A DNA stretch of 64,000 bases from Marsupella aquatica. Taxonomy: Eukaryota; Plantae; Marchantiophyta. A model generated the notes under the pieces. The model was not told where the DNA came from. It was given only the letters and a program-made list of their open reading frames with translations, and did not search any database. The position numbers and the translations under genes are program-made. Each line of letters starts with the position of its first letter. Position 1 is the first letter of the stretch. The stretch is from assembly GCA_973895155.1 (NCBI GenBank), contig OZ316891.1, positions 17,234,095 through 17,298,094 of the forward strand, given 5' to 3'. Of the stretch, positions 63,955 to 64,000 are shown in pieces.

Positions 63955-64000
63955 CTGCTCACAAAAAACATCCATACTTCACTTCAGTGATGTCTTTCTT

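Overview
Eukaryotic nuclear DNA, not prokaryotic. It has GT-AG spliceosomal introns, a plant GT8 gene and plant-type transposons, and is most likely from a non-seed land plant (bryophyte-like; this is an inference). Three intron-containing host genes can be built from splice sites with consistent reading phase: a WEE1/MYT1-family kinase (+, 9618-12248, 7 coding exons), a PGSIP7/8-like GT8 glycosyltransferase (+, 51822-54447, 5 exons), and the 3' four exons of a bacterial-type GNAT acetyltransferase (-, 62578-63954, continuing past the window end). Much of the remainder is transposon-derived, and several elements have readable boundaries: the 3' part of an LTR retrotransposon with a large decayed extra ORF (14.8-18.8 kb), a 5'-truncated LINE with a 16-bp TSD plus a 17-bp micro-insertion of the same LINE, a full-length PIF/Harbinger-superfamily element with an ACT TSD and a convergent second gene (34718-38661, Pangu-like), a Helitron end with a 35-bp minisatellite, two MITE copies, a MULE with a 10-bp TSD, and two tRNA-like/Helitron-like hybrid mini-elements. 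TE copies show a strong C>T/G>A decay signature. All calls were made by eye with no database search.
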